The translations under genes were made by a program, and so were the position numbers. A stretch of DNA of 64,000 nt from Octopus vulgaris (Eukaryota): NCBI GenBank assembly GCA_951406725.2, contig OX597826.1:41478001-41542000 (forward strand). The letters run 5' to 3'. Positions 1 to 13,944 of the stretch are shown one piece after another. Below the pieces are notes generated by a model. The model searched no databases. It saw only the letters and a program-made list of their open reading frames with translations, and had not been told where the DNA came from. The first letter of the stretch is position 1, and every line of letters begins with the position of its first letter.

Positions 1-690
1 AAATTACGCACATGAATTGCATAATGCGGTGGTGCCCCATCCTGTTAGAATAACACATCACCAAAGTTAGGCATAGGATGGATGGTGGGCACCACCTCCT
101 TGCGCAAAAATTTCAAGGTAGTTGTCACCATTAAATGACAAGCCCAGGGACTCCTGAACATGACAGACCTGCCCAAACAGTGACACCTGGCTAATTCATA
201 TCAGTTGTTAGAGTTAAGTGGAGGGTTTTCGTAATACCAGTAAACACAGTTATGTCGGTTGACATGACCTGATTCCTTGAAACAGGCCTCAATCCGACCA
301 AACAATATTGGCAAAGAATTGCGAATTTTCACGAATCTCATTTAGCATGAATTCTACGAACTCCACACAACGATCTGGATCATCCTCTGTTAGGTGTTGC
401 AGAAGACTAGGTCAGTATGGTTTGAAGTTCAGTTTTTTTTCATGAGACGACCGACGGACCTTTGTGAGATACCCAACTCAACCGATGCTCGTTTGTTAGA
501 CTTTTTAGGGTTATTCCCAAAAGTCAATGCTACCTGCATTGAGTTTTCCTTAGTGGTAACAGTTCGAGGACGTGTGGGTTTCGTAGCGTTCTTTACCGAA
601 CCTGACTCTTCGAATTTGTTTCTTATTTTGTAAACTGCTTGTCATGAAGGCGTGTGAAAGGTTTCTGCCCATTTCTGGCGCCCTATTTCC
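1..690 (-). mobile_element. Decayed Tc1/mariner-superfamily transposase fragment, continuing off the window start
   Basis: The minus strand near 1-80 translates as FGDVLF*QDGAPPHYAIHVRN, the (Q)QDGAPPH second-Asp motif, with an in-frame stop. Confidence 0.7.
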
Positions 691-830
691 GCATTTTCAA
701 ATTTCCAATAATTCTTTAGGATCCACTTTCTTTCTTCGTCTGTCAGCTTGCCCACCATTATACTCCACTGCCCTGTAAAAATAAAAATATACAGCTGTTA
801 TCATACTTTTGCAATAAAAATATACAATCG

Positions 831-882
<52 letters not shown>

Positions 883-889
883 AAACACC

Positions 890-1186
890 TTAAAATTCAA
901 ACAAATTTATTTTAATATGGGTTAGGACCGCTCTCGGCAATAATTCTATGAAGTATGGACTCGTACAAAGTCGCGTAAGAGTCCGACAGTTCCTATCTGA
1001 AAGTTCTTGTTTTCTTCCGGAGTTCTGTTTCCACGAGGAGGTTTTTCCCTCTTTCTCAAAAGCTATCATTACTTTCGCGACAGTACTTCTTGATGCACCA
1101 AGCTTTTCGGCTGTTTTCATTACGCTAACGCCTGCCATACGAGAACTAACAATTTGACCTCTTTGAAAGTCCGATAGATTTGTCAT
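890..1186 (-). mobile_element. Tc1-like transposase N-terminal HTH remnant
   Basis: ORF MTNLSDFQRGQIV...GASRSTVAKVM...SGRKQELSDR resembles the Tc1 paired-like HTH plus GRPR-like linker. It is truncated at a (TA)n tract. Confidence 0.75.
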
Positions 1187-1704
1187 TTTGATGAATTTTA
1201 ATTACATTTTTCTGATGATATCTGAAAAGAAACTGCAATTTTAGCTTAACACTAATAATAAATAAAAAAACCTAAAAATAAACAAGCTTTTGAGGGGTTT
1301 ATAGACTTAGAGTTGATCTAGAGGAACTTCAAAACCACATCCTTCTCACCGCTCTCGTTGGGCCTGCAAAAGCCATGAGAATAGAAAAGCTCCTTTCTTT
1401 AGATGAAACCTTGCAAAAGAAAGTATCCCGTAATGAACTAGGGTGATTCAAATCCTATTTTTAGATATGTATGTGAGCATGTGACAAAACCAGAAACAAA
1501 TGAATTCAGTACTGCACCAATTAACTTCATATTGAATTTAAATGATATAAAAGGCAATGGTTAGCAAAACCGATGGAGCATCAGATATGATTCCTTGCGG
1601 TATTTAATTATTTCTCTTTTCTTCACTGGGTTAGAAATTGGTGTGGAAGTTGACTTTCTCTTTTCATTCTTTCGAGGTCGAAAGTTCATTTGTAAATCCA
1701 GAGA

Positions 1705-1915
<211 letters not shown>

Positions 1916-2619
1916 ATATATTCCTCTTTATAATATTTCCTTTTATGAGCTTCCATTTCTGTCGTAGTTAGAATCATCCTTTTCCAAAGCATGATGGAAA
2001 GGGTGAAACCAGAAAACAAGCAGAAAAATGAGATATATGATTTGGCCTTTTATAGACGGTGATGAATACTGGCTAATAGCTAGTAGTTATCAAGGTGTTC
2101 TGTAGTAGAACCGAACCCGGCACAACTTGGTAGCGAAGAGAACTTTTTTAGTCACACAGTTGTACCTGAAATTTATAATCAAAATTTCTAAAACAATCTT
2201 CAGTTCCTCGTTAAAATGGTTCCTCGTAATTTGTTACCTCTGTATTATTGTTGATTCTGTTCTTTTTATAAAAATTGCTTTTGAATTTACATCATAAAAT
2301 CAATACTTTTCCTGTATTCGACCCTGAACTCTGACTTTCATCGCTACATTGAATTGCCACATAGATTGCATTAGAAATCCTTTTACAGCTTTTTGACTGC
2401 TTCTTTTACCTTTTTTTCCTTATTCCTTCCTTCTCCCAATGCTTCCTTCCCCACCCTTTTCTTTTTCTTTTCGAAGGATAACTAACGCCTGAAACATCAT
2501 GACATTACATACATATTTAAGTACACTTGTGAAATATCAACTTAATCAAATATTCCTTAAGCTTTATTCCTTCTTTGTTGTTCTTTCTATTTATTTTTCC
2601 ATAGTGTTTTTGACACTGA

Positions 2620-3460
2620 GGAAAATATGGATCGTGTTCCCCACATGGCAATGGATGACAGGCGATTGACTATATTCTGTACAATCAACTTAGCATGGCG
2701 AAGGTTTCTGCTCAGTGGGCGCCACGTATTCTGATGCCTGATCAAAAGCTCACCAGGCTCATCACATCATGGGAAAATCTGACATCGTCTGAAGCAGATC
2801 CTGCTAGTTTTCCTGAACGTTTCTTAACCCAAGATGAGTGTTGAGTTCATCACGTTGAGCCAAAGACAGAGACAACTCAAGCAGTGGATACACCCCACCT
2901 CACCGGCTCCAAAGAATGGCAAGGTCGTTTCCTCTACAGGGAAGGTGATGGCCTCAATTTTGGGGGCGCAAAGACATTGTGTTTATTCCACTGCCTTCAA
3001 AAGGTAATCACCATCAATAGAAAGTACTATGTCAACTTGGCGAAGCAGTTACGAAAGGCTATCAAGACCAAAAGGCCAGGTAAACTGACAAAAAGGGTTT
3101 TGTTTCAGCAGGACAATGCTCCAGCACACAAGTCCTTGTTTTCAATGGTTGCTGCCTCGTGACTGCTTAGAGCTGGTTATCTCCCTCCCTATTCTCGTGA
3201 TATAATCCCATCTGAATATCATCTACTCCCTAACACGAAAAACACATGGCTAGGAACCAGTGATGATGAAATCATTTCTGCCGTTGACCTTTTTGACCAA
3301 CAGGATGGAAGCTTCTTCACAAATGGGATCCATGCACTGCAACACCGATGGAAGAGGTGTGCGAACCACAAAGGGGATTATATTGAAAAATAAACCTTAT
3401 TCAGTCACATTCCATGAGAGTATCTTGGTTAACCTATGAACTTTTCAGCCAACTCTTGTA
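2620..3460 (+). mobile_element. Decayed mariner transposase
   Basis: Motifs AQWAPR (WVP-like), TQDE, QQDNAPAHKS, PPYS.D..PS and a C-terminal LQHRWKRC...KGDYIEK*, with frameshifts and stops. Confidence 0.85.
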
Positions 3461-3514
3461 TGAATGCATGTGTGTGTGTGTGTGTATGTGTGTATATATG
3501 TATGTATGTATATA

Positions 3515-3574
<60 letters not shown>

Positions 3575-3637
3575 TATACACGCACACGTATGCACATACA
3601 TATAAATATGTTTGCTTGTACTTAATGTACGTATATA

Positions 3638-5281
3638 CAGGCATACCTCACCATACGTCGTTAATTGGTTCCAGGAGACACGACGTAAGTCGAATTATAG
3701 GCCGAATTAACTTGTCCCTATGTTAAACCAATGATAAACATTCCCAGTTCTTCAGTTCATTTATGAATGCATTTTATTTTTATTTTTTAATACAGTGCAG
3801 TAATAAAAAATGTAATCTAAAATTACGAACATAAATTTGGCGGTGTTTACCACACATCGCTGACACTTTATTTATGAATGCGGTTTGAAATAAGACATGA
3901 TAAATTAAAAGCGATTTTGAAGCTTAAAAAACAAATTCAGTAATTATTATTTTGCAACGGTAAAAAAATTAAAATTATTTCAAATTTACCAATACGTACA
4001 TACAAATTGGTGGTTTACATCGCGGTGAGCTTGGCAGAAGCGTTAGCAGGCTGGGCGAAATGCTTAGCGGTATTTCGTCTGCGTTACGTTCTGAGTTCAA
4101 ATTCCGCCGGGGTCGACTTTGCCTTTCATCCTTTCGGGGTCGATAAATTAAGTACCAGTTACGCACTGGGTCGATGTAATCGACTTAATACCTATGTCTG
4201 TCCTTGTTTGTCCCCTCTGTGTTTAGCCCCTTGTGGGTAATAAAGAAATAGGTTTACATCGCGGATGTAGATGGCTGTGGATCGTCAACTTCAACAGCTG
4301 ATTTTGGCTGTTCTTGTTGATCAATACGCTTAAAAACCCGGTTGAGCGTGTCTTGAACTGTCTTCTTCTTTTCCCCAAAGATTATATTAACAGGAGCAAA
4401 AGCTTCGTGATAAGCTCCCATAAACTTGGGAAAGCGTTGTGCATTTGGTTCCATATCCTCGAACATAGACCCTTTTCAATATATGCTAATGCTTGCTGCA
4501 TTTTCTTAATGGTAAAGTGACGTGGCTCAGGTTCGACTTCCTCTTCTTTATTTTGCTGCTCGTGAAGTTCTATCAAATCCTCTTTCGTCAGGGGCTGCTT
4601 GTCTTTTTCAAATAAATCTGTGAAATCCACCACCTCCAAATCCATTTCCAGTTCTTTGCTCATAGTCACCAACGTTTTGTTCATGACAACATTATCAAAC
4701 TCCTTAAAATCATTCACGAATTGCGGGCATAGCTTCTCTCATACACCATTCATAGCCAGTTTATCTTCCAACGTTATAGCACGACGCCTAGCTCTTTCAC
4801 TATGAGTTTTCTTAGAAGCCATGGGGGCAAAAAATAAAGTCACAAATGAATAAGAATGAGAAAGGCGCCTAGAAACAGACGTAAACAAATCAGAATTCGA
4901 AACAATCGCGGGAATCACGAGTGACAACGACGCGTAACGGTAGATATTGGAACTACAGTGCAATATGAACTCCGAAAGACCGATAAATAAGACAACACAG
5001 CTGATTTCATGATTCCGTTCACTAAGCTACATTACTTTATAAAATTATATTTTAATATAATTTTTATGTGGTTTTATTCTTATTTATTGTAGGGTAACAT
5101 GATTTGATGTGCTTTTAACGGGTTTTCTTGTGATTTTACGATTCCAATATTTCTGGCGGACAGACGTATAGTCGAGCAAAATGACTTAACTTGATTTTTA
5201 TTTTTCCATATATTATTTTTGAAAACCGACGTATAATCGAAAATGACTTAAATCGAAACCACTTAAGCCGAGGTATGCCTA
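3638..5281 (-). mobile_element. Internally deleted Tigger/pogo element with a nested SINE
   Basis: Ends TA-CAGGCATACCTC (3638) and GAGGTATGCCT (5270-5280) match Tigger-type TIRs. N-terminal MASKK...RRAITLEDKL is fused directly to C-terminal KLCPQFVNDF...PLTKEDLIEL segments. Confidence 0.8.
4026..4250 (+). mobile_element. tRNA-derived SINE family N (Nin/Deu-like central domain) with a 14-bp TSD
   Basis: A-box-like TGGCAGAAGCGTTAG, B-box GAGTTCAAATTCC, central GCCTTTCATCCTTTCGGGGTCGATAAAT, tail AATAAAGAAATA. GGTTTACATCGCGG is duplicated at 4012-4025 and 4251-4264. Confidence 0.88.
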
Positions 5282-5406
5282 AGATATTAATACCTTGACA
5301 TCCTTGATACTTATTTGCTTTTTATTCGCCTTACTTTGAGCCTTGCGGATAATACCGGACTGGCTTGGTGCATCAACTTAAGTACCTTATTCAACTGATT
5401 CTTATT

Positions 5407-5449
<43 letters not shown>

Positions 5450-5452
<3 letters not shown>

Positions 5453-5880
5453 GAAAAATACAAACTGGGACAAGAACGTAAAACATTTAGAAGACTATAC
5501 AAAAAATACGGACGGGACATTCGAAGCCTTCAATCTTCAGTCAAGAACCGGATCATCCTAGCAATTTCGGCTGATTAATCTTGAGATCGCTCCGATCCGG
5601 CCAGCCCCAAGGAAAAACTAAGCTACGAGCATTAGATTTCTTGGAAAAAGGATCGAATGTATACGAAACAATTACAGAAAAACGGACAATGCCACACGAA
5701 TATAAAATACAAAAAACAATAATAGCAAAAACAGGACAAAAACAGCGGGTGTCTTACGACTAATAGACAGTACAACTTAATTTAGCTAGCGTATTTGGAA
5801 AAAAATGCCTTTTCCGGCAGACGAAGACAACGATGTTCTCATGACGCTGGTTAGAAGCCGAAAGGCTGGTTGACCAACGG
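5450..5880 (-). mobile_element. (TA)n-anchored repeat family A, putative Penelope-like terminal repeat; related copies at ~21122-21425 (-) and ~48778-48945 (+)
   Basis: Three homologous copies share GCAATTTCGGCTG and CCAAGGAAAAACTAAG, and each ends at a (TA)n tract. They contain stem-loop+GAA(A) motifs with degenerate cores. Confidence 0.55.
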
Positions 5881-6934
5881 TCACGTGAGGGGAGAAGAGA
5901 GAGAAAAAAGGGGGCAAAGGAATCAAAGAGAGAGAGAAAAGAGGGACGAAGGCACCAAAGGGGGGAGAAGAGAGAGAAAGAAGGAATTAAAGAGGGGAGA
6001 AGAAAGAGAGCGTGCCAAGGATTGGCTTGGCGACAGAATCAGTGAGTGCAAAGTGAGAAAGACAGAGAAATGTTAGAGAGTGGGGGAAGAGTAGACCAAA
6101 GAATCAGACACAAGAAAAGAGAAAAGGAGGAGGAGAAGTAGAGAGAGAGAGAAAGAGAAAGAGACAGATCAAAGTAGAGTGCAAAGTGTGAAAGGTAGAG
6201 AAATGTAGGAGAGAGAGACAGTGTTATAGAGTCGTACCAAATTTAAAGGAATATGTACTTACATAAGACCAAAAAGGGGCTCTCCCTCTCCTCTCCCCTC
6301 CCCTCCTTTGCCATCCCCCTCTTCTTCTCGTCTCCTCTTCTCCTCTTCTTCCTTCTCCCCCTCTCCCCTTCCCTCCTCCCCTTCCCTCTCCTCCCTTCTT
6401 CCCCCCTCATCTCCTCTCTCCCCCTCATCTCCTCTCTCCCCTCCCCCTCATCTCTCCTCCCCCGCCCCTCTCCCCTCATCTCATCTCTCCCCTCCCCTCC
6501 CTGCCCCTCCCCTCCTCTCTCATCTCCCCCTCATCTCTCTTCCTTCCTCCCCTCCTCCCTCCCCTCATCTCCTCCCCCCCCTCATCTCTCTTCCCTCCTC
6601 CCCTCCTCTCTCTTCTCTCCCCCTTTCACTCTCCCCACAACTCCCACTCTATCCCAACCCCCAGCCGAACCCACACCCCACATGGGCTTTCCCCACCACC
6701 TCCCCACAACATCACACCACACTACACTACACCATACGACACTACACTACACCATACGACTTTACACATTACATCATACATACATACACACGTCCAGACC
6801 TTTCATACGCACATACATACTCTCTCATACACACACGCACCCTTATGTTGGGGCGAGGTCATTTGACCCTGTTATCTCCCTTACTATCCCTCTTGCGTCT
6901 AACGTCTGATCTCTGACTTCTGGCCGAAATCAGA

Positions 6935-7148
6935 CCGCCATGTTGAATCTTTATCTCCTGCACGCATTTTTTTCTCTCTCCTTGTTTCTCTCCGTGTTTC
7001 TTTTCTGTGTATCTTTCTGTTGAAGAGCGTAGGCTCGAAACGTAAGAGACTTGTTTTATTTCTATTCCTGAGCGCCATACTAATACAATTGTTTGTTTGT
7101 ACTCCACCTGTCTTCGTCTTTTGTTTATTTTCGTAAAGCTTCCCGTTA
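6935..7148 (+). mobile_element. (TA)n-anchored hammerhead-bearing repeat family B (Penelope-like pLTR or retrozyme-like)
   Basis: Homologous to 23933-24142 (-), 40360-40542 (+) and the diverged 46190-46392 (+). The 3' end runs into (TA)n. Confidence 0.75.
7012..7049 (+). ncRNA. Minimal type-I hammerhead ribozyme motif (variant core)
   Basis: tcttt-CTGTTGA-A-GAGC gtag GCTC-GAAA-CGTA-agaga: stem I tcttt/agaga, stem II GAGC/GCTC, palindromic ACGT stem III, GTA triplet. Confidence 0.65.
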
Positions 7149-7172
7149 TATACATACATATATGCATGCAAA

Positions 7173-7224
<52 letters not shown>

Positions 7225-7262
7225 CATATATATATATACATACATATATATATATACATACA

Positions 7263-7297
<35 letters not shown>

Positions 7298-7298
7298 G

Positions 7299-7374
<76 letters not shown>

Positions 7375-7401
7375 TATATATATATATATATGAATGTATA
7401 T

Positions 7402-7622
7402 ATGGTCACAATGCGCTTCGCATTGTTTTAGCCTTCAAATGACGCCACCCCGCTGGCTAAGCGAGCAGGCCAACAGAAGAAAGAATGAAAGAAAGTTGTG
7501 GCGAAAGAGTACAGCAGGGATCGCCACCCCCTGCCGGAGCCCTGTGGAGCTTTAGGTGTTTTCGCTCAATAAACACTCACAACGCCCAGTCTGGGAATCG
7601 AAACCACGATCCTACAACTGCC
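7402..7622 (-). mobile_element. tRNA-derived SINE family R, partial; related copies at 12080-12376 and 42737-42848
   Basis: Minus-strand B-box GGTTTCGATTCCC. The body AAAGTTGTGGCGAAAGAGT...GCCGGAGCC..GTGGAGCTT is shared with the 12.2 kb copy. Confidence 0.75.
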
Positions 7623-7649
7623 ATTGCGCCTCCACACACACACACACAT

Positions 7650-7710
<61 letters not shown>

Positions 7711-8599
7711 TGTGCATAAATAGCACTCCCCCGCCCTGGCACTATAATTTATTCCTAAAACGCAATTGTATGGATTATTTGGATGCTGGTACTTTTTGCA
7801 TCGACGCCCGACTTATTTAACCATAATAATTTTAATAATAAATTATATATAACGTAAGAGGAGGGACTCACACACACAGACACCCACACCCACACACACT
7901 TATATATATGTAGACACACACTTAATAAACGGACAAATAATTATATACAAACAAATGAATAATAATGACGCAAAATACTGAGCCAAATCTCTGGGAAATT
8001 CCCGGCCGATTGCTCTCTCTAAATTCAATGCTTTAAGCCTTTAAAAAGATAACGAATGACGCCACCCTGTTCATTTGTTTACTCTTCACCTGAGGACTAC
8101 ATCACTGTTAGTTGGGAAACTAAACTACGGCCACATATTGTCATCTTGGTGATTTCATCTATGGATGTATGGAAAATACTTGACAACCAGCGTCATTGTG
8201 ACACTGACTCTTATACAGCCTAAACTCTATGCATTGTATAATCTCTTTTACTATTTTTTCTGCTTTACTGCTCCTCTCTCTCTGTTTGTCTATGTCTATC
8301 ACTTTCTGTCATCTTTTTTTCTTTTTGTCTATCTCTTTATACTTGTCTAACTCCTGCCTGACTCTATCTCGCTGACTGACTGACTCTCTTTGACTTACTC
8401 TGTCTCTCTGACTCTTTTCCTCCCTTTACCCGTATATTTCCTTTTGCAGGACTCTCTGCGTGTTTATTTCTTTGAGTCTAACTCTCACTATCTCTCTCCT
8501 TTCTCTTCTTTCTCTTCTTTTCTTTCTTTCTCTTCTTTTCTTTGTTTCTTTCTGTCTTTCTCTTTTTTTCTTTCTGTCTCTTCTTTTCTCTCCTTCTTT

Positions 8600-8631
<32 letters not shown>

Positions 8632-8632
8632 A

Positions 8633-8743
<111 letters not shown>

Positions 8744-8763
8744 TGCGTATCATTCTCTTCTGA

Positions 8764-8840
<77 letters not shown>

Positions 8841-8841
8841 C

Positions 8842-8978
<137 letters not shown>

Positions 8979-9019
8979 TTTTCTTCCTTTCCCTCCCCCG
9001 ACTTTAAAAAAAAAAATTT

Positions 9020-9168
9020 ATTCCCCCCTTTTTTTGTCCTCTTTCTTTCCCTTTACGATCCCTTTTGATCGAAAACCAACCCCCCACTTTTTTTACCCCC
9101 AAAAGAAAAGCTCTACCTTGTAATTTGTCCTGTCTGTGTGCAGCCCTGTGTGGCTAATAAAGAAACAT
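9020..9168 (+). mobile_element. 3' end of a non-LTR retrotransposon inside a (TATC)n array; second copy at 38390-38598
   Basis: Near-identical ~150 bp ending GCAGCCCTGTGTGGCTAATAAAGAAACA-(TATC)n at both loci, each with (TATC)n upstream as well. Confidence 0.7.
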
Positions 9169-9199
9169 ATCTATCTATCTATCCATCTATCTATCTATC

Positions 9200-9234
<35 letters not shown>

Positions 9235-9672
9235 CTATCTATCTATCTATATATATATATTTAACAGCAAACAAAGAACTCATGACTTGGTCCATTATGG
9301 ACGATAATGTCCGACCACCAGACCATAGACAATAATTATCAAGGTCTGTCGCAATGGAATCAAACCCGGAACCATTTGTATGTAAACTTGTCAACCACAC
9401 AACTGCTGCATTTTATATCAAAATTTATCAGTCCATGGTTAAAATTCCGTCTTCCCCACCTATTTTTGCGCGTTTTTTCTTTTTTTCTTCTTTTTTTTTG
9501 TACTTCATAGAATTAATGCATACTCGGACTTCTCCTGGATTCAACCCCGGAACTCTAGCATGGATTACCACCCGGATTACGTTGCATATCCTTTTATAAT
9601 TTTTTTCTACTGTACCAATCTCTCGCTGCCATTCTTGTCCTTTTCTTTCTTTTTCTTTCTTTCTCTACTATA

Positions 9673-9725
<53 letters not shown>

Positions 9726-9727
9726 AT

Positions 9728-9836
<109 letters not shown>

Positions 9837-10125
9837 TATATATACACCTTCGAAACACGGAGTAGCCGAAACAGGGGCAACTGAAGAAGGGGAATATTTC
9901 TTGTGTTGTATGTCTTGTACTCTGTTCTTTCGTTGTTTGAAAAATAGTTCATTTCTGTGTTTTTGTTTTTATGTTTTCGATTCTCATTATGTTCAACGTT
10001 TATGCATGTATATATACATATATGCATGTATATATACATATATGTATATATGCATATATTTATATGTTATTTTATTATTATATGATCGAACGCCACGCAT
10101 CCTTTTCCAAGTAAGTTTTTATCTT

Positions 10126-10206
<81 letters not shown>

Positions 10207-10214
<8 letters not shown>

Positions 10215-10530
10215 TATATTAAATTAGAGACAAAACCACTATTAGGCAAATCAAACAATGAAAAACTTAAGCCAATACATATGATTAATTTATATTATTT
10301 AAATATATAACAAAATTATTAAAAAAATAATAATATTTTTTTAATAATTTTGTTATATATTTAAATAATATAAATTAATGATATGTATTGGCTTAAGTTT
10401 TTCATTGTTTGATTTGCCTGATAGTGGTTTTGTCTCTAATTTAATATAATATAATATTTTACTATAAAATTGGATTCAATCCTAAATCTGATTTTTCCCT
10501 GTAAGTTTCGATTTATTCCCTAATATTTAT

Positions 10531-10535
<5 letters not shown>
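10207..10535 (+). mobile_element. (TA)n-flanked family D insert with ~120-bp 5' fold-back hairpin
   Basis: Arms ~10207-10329 and ~10334-10456 are reverse complements. The sense part matches 19535-19740. Confidence 0.75.
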
Positions 10536-10597
<62 letters not shown>

Positions 10598-11341
10598 CAT
10601 ACACACAATACACAGATAAAATAAATAGATAGTTATATGAAAAAATACACAAACAATGTATACACGAATAAATAATGACGCAAAATACTGAGCCAAATCT
10701 CTGGGAAATTCCCGGCCGATTGCTCTCTCTAAATTTTTAATGGTTTTAAGCCTTTTTAAAGATTACGAAAGACTCCACCCTGTTCATTAGTTTACTGTCC
10801 ACCCGAGGACTACATCAATATTGTAGACTTAATTATCAGGTAACTAAACTACATCCATATATTGTCATCTTGGTGATTCCATCTACGGATGTTATGGACA
10901 TAATTTGCAACTAGTGTCGTTGTAACACGGACTCTTATACAGCCTCGACTCAGTCTATTCTATAACTTCGTTTTCTGTTTATTTTTTTATACCTCATCTT
11001 CCTCCATCGCTTTCATTGTTTATCACATTCTATCATCACGTGCCTCTCTATCACTCTCTCTTTCTGCGTGCCTGCCATAGTCGGATTAGCTCTCTTTATT
11101 TCCATCCCTCTCCCCCTCCCCACCAATTATCTATCTATTTGGCTAACACTCTATCTATTCTTAGATTCTTTTTCTCTTTTTCCCCTCTCGATAAATCTGT
11201 CACTTAGCTTTGTTCTTCACTCTGTATCTGTGTTTACATATTGATGTCTTTATTCCTGTCACACACACGCACACACACACACACAAAGACACGCACACAG
11301 GCTGGTTCATACACATATAATAGTATATCACATCCACGTGA

Positions 11342-11703
<362 letters not shown>

Positions 11704-11744
11704 CATAATGGTGTCATTGAGGCCATAATTTTTCCTCTCACACC

Positions 11745-11796
11745 GTCTCCGATCAAGGGACATTATTAATAAATATCCTAGAAACAGCTGTAAGAC
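11745..11796 (+). ncRNA. Hammerhead-like motif (variant core) in a (TA)n-flanked insert at 11707-11862
   Basis: gtct-CCGATCA-AGGGA...TCCTA-GAAA-CAGCTG-TA-agac: stem I gtct/agac, palindromic ACAGCTGT stem III, GTA triplet. G8 is replaced by C. Confidence 0.5.
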
Positions 11797-11895
11797 CTTC
11801 TATCTATAAATGCTCTAATATCTATACACCCTTGGTTTTTATCTTATTACGCAAAAAATTCTTATATATACATACATACATATATACATGTATAC

Positions 11896-11926
<31 letters not shown>

Positions 11927-12079
11927 GGTGAGAAAGTTGGTGTGTGAAAGCACATGGTTGGATGTATAAAAAATAGAAAAGAGTGAAAAAACTACAGAAG
12001 GCTTGTTTTATAAGGTTGAAGAATATATTTAAGTCGTTATGTTAGAAAAATGTTATAAAATTTTGTGATATATGTTGTT

Positions 12080-12374
12080 TGTTCCTTCTCGCTCCATGCC
12101 TGGCTCATAAGGGCCGGTTTCCCAGTTTCCTTGGCGTATAGGTTCCCCACCTGGACGGGACGCCGGTCCGTCGCAGGTGAGCTGCAAGAAGCAGGAGGAA
12201 AGAGTGAGAGAAAGTTGTGGCGAAAGAGTCAGCAGAAGTTCGCGATTACCTTCTGCCGGAGCCGCGTGGAGCTTAGGTATTTCGCTCATAAACACACACA
12301 TCGCCCGGTCTGAGATTCGAACCCGTGATCCCTCGACCGCGAGTACGCCGTTCTAACCACTAGGCCATGTGCCT

Positions 12375-12376
<2 letters not shown>
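12080..12376 (-). mobile_element. tRNA-derived SINE family R with intact head
   Basis: Minus strand reads TGGCCTAGTGGTTAG (A box) ... GGTTCGAATCTC (B box), followed by a non-tRNA body. Confidence 0.85.
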
Positions 12377-12427
<51 letters not shown>

Positions 12428-12542
12428 TATTCTTTTATTCTTTTACTTGTTTCAGTCATTTGACTGCGGCCATACTGGAGCACCGCCTATAATCGAAGAA
12501 ATCGATCCCAGGACTTATTCTTTGTCAAGCGATGTTGGGAGT

Positions 12543-12619
<77 letters not shown>

Positions 12620-12795
12620 AAACACACACACGCACACATATATACGTCGGGCTTCTTTCAGTTTCTGTCAATCAAATCCGCTCATAAGGCTTTGGTTGGC
12701 CCGAGGCTATAGTAGAAGACACTTGCACAAGGTGCCACACAGTGGGACTGAACTCGAAACCATGTGGCTGTTAAGCAAGCTACTTACCACAGCTA
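12428..12795 (-). mobile_element. tRNA-derived SINE family M (internal microsatellite)
   Basis: Homologous to the 16716-17050 copy. Tail CAGTCAAATGACTGAAACAAGTAAAAGAATAAAAGAATA on the minus strand. Confidence 0.8.
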
Positions 12796-12909
12796 TAACT
12801 TTGCTTTCCGTTTATTTTCTACCTTATCTTCGTCCATCTCTCTTATTGTTTATCACTTTCTATCACCACGTGCCTATCTATCACTTTCTCTTTCTGTGTG
12901 CGTGTCTGC

Positions 12910-12967
<58 letters not shown>

Positions 12968-13072
12968 GTCTGTCTGTCTGTCTATCCGTCTCTCTCTATA
13001 TATATTGTCTGTTTCTATGATGACACACACACACACACACACACGCACATATATATGAATATGTATATATAA

Positions 13073-13121
<49 letters not shown>

Positions 13122-13128
<7 letters not shown>

Positions 13129-13657
13129 TCAATATAGGGTGGCAAAAAAAATTTTGTAGAATTTTTTTGCCACCAGCGGCCTAGTGGGAAAAAATTAAAT
13201 AGTCATAGACCCTTTATAAGTTCAACATCACAATCAAGGAACGGCCATAATAGGCCATTCACCCACTAGAAATAACAGCCAAAACTTTAACCGCAAAATA
13301 ACATTAATTCCGTAAACCAGGAGAAAATTAAAAAACATTTACCCTGTAATATCTTATACGATGCACCGTTTCATCTACTGTTTAATGGTAAACTAACCTG
13401 ATTAAATTAAATCAAGCCAATCTTCCATAGGCCCTTAGACCCTTAGAATCTAAGGGCCTATGGAAGATTGGCTTGATTTAATTTAATCAGGTTAGTTTAC
13501 CATTAAACAGTAGATGAAACGGTGCATCGTATAAGAAATTACAGGGTAAATGTTTTTTTAATTTTCTCCTGGTTTACGGAATTAATGTTATTTTGCAGTT
13601 AAAGCTTTGGCTGTTATTTCTAGTGGGTGAATGGCCTATTATGGCCGTTCCTTGATT

Positions 13658-13662
<5 letters not shown>
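13122..13662 (-). mobile_element. (TA)n-flanked insert with ~213-bp near-perfect fold-back
   Basis: 13227-13439 is the reverse complement of 13449-13662 with few mismatches. The left end carries the shared structured terminus. Confidence 0.8.
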
Positions 13663-13747
<85 letters not shown>

Positions 13748-13944
13748 GATAGGTATAGATATAGGCATATTGCTTTTATTGATATCTTTATTATACATAC
13801 TATAAATACATATATCTTGTATACATATTGATATCTCTACTTCTATAACACACACATTTGATTGTAAACACATATTGCCTGCATGTTAATATTTTCATAT
13901 CAATGAATTTCATAAAACACATAGAAAATAATAATAATAATAAA

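Noticed and set aside
6253-6916. 218-aa and 202-aa Pro/Ser/Leu-rich ORFs
   Set aside because: They arise from a low-complexity CT tract lacking stop codons.
8085-8125. Hammerhead at CTGAGGA...GAAAC
   Set aside because: Stem I and the cleavage triplet are not evident, and the paralogous copy at ~10800 lacks GAAA.
12300-12376. tRNA gene (also the heads at 4026, 16716, 33888, 51609)
   Set aside because: A and B boxes are present, but they run into repeated SINE bodies and lack a clean acceptor stem.
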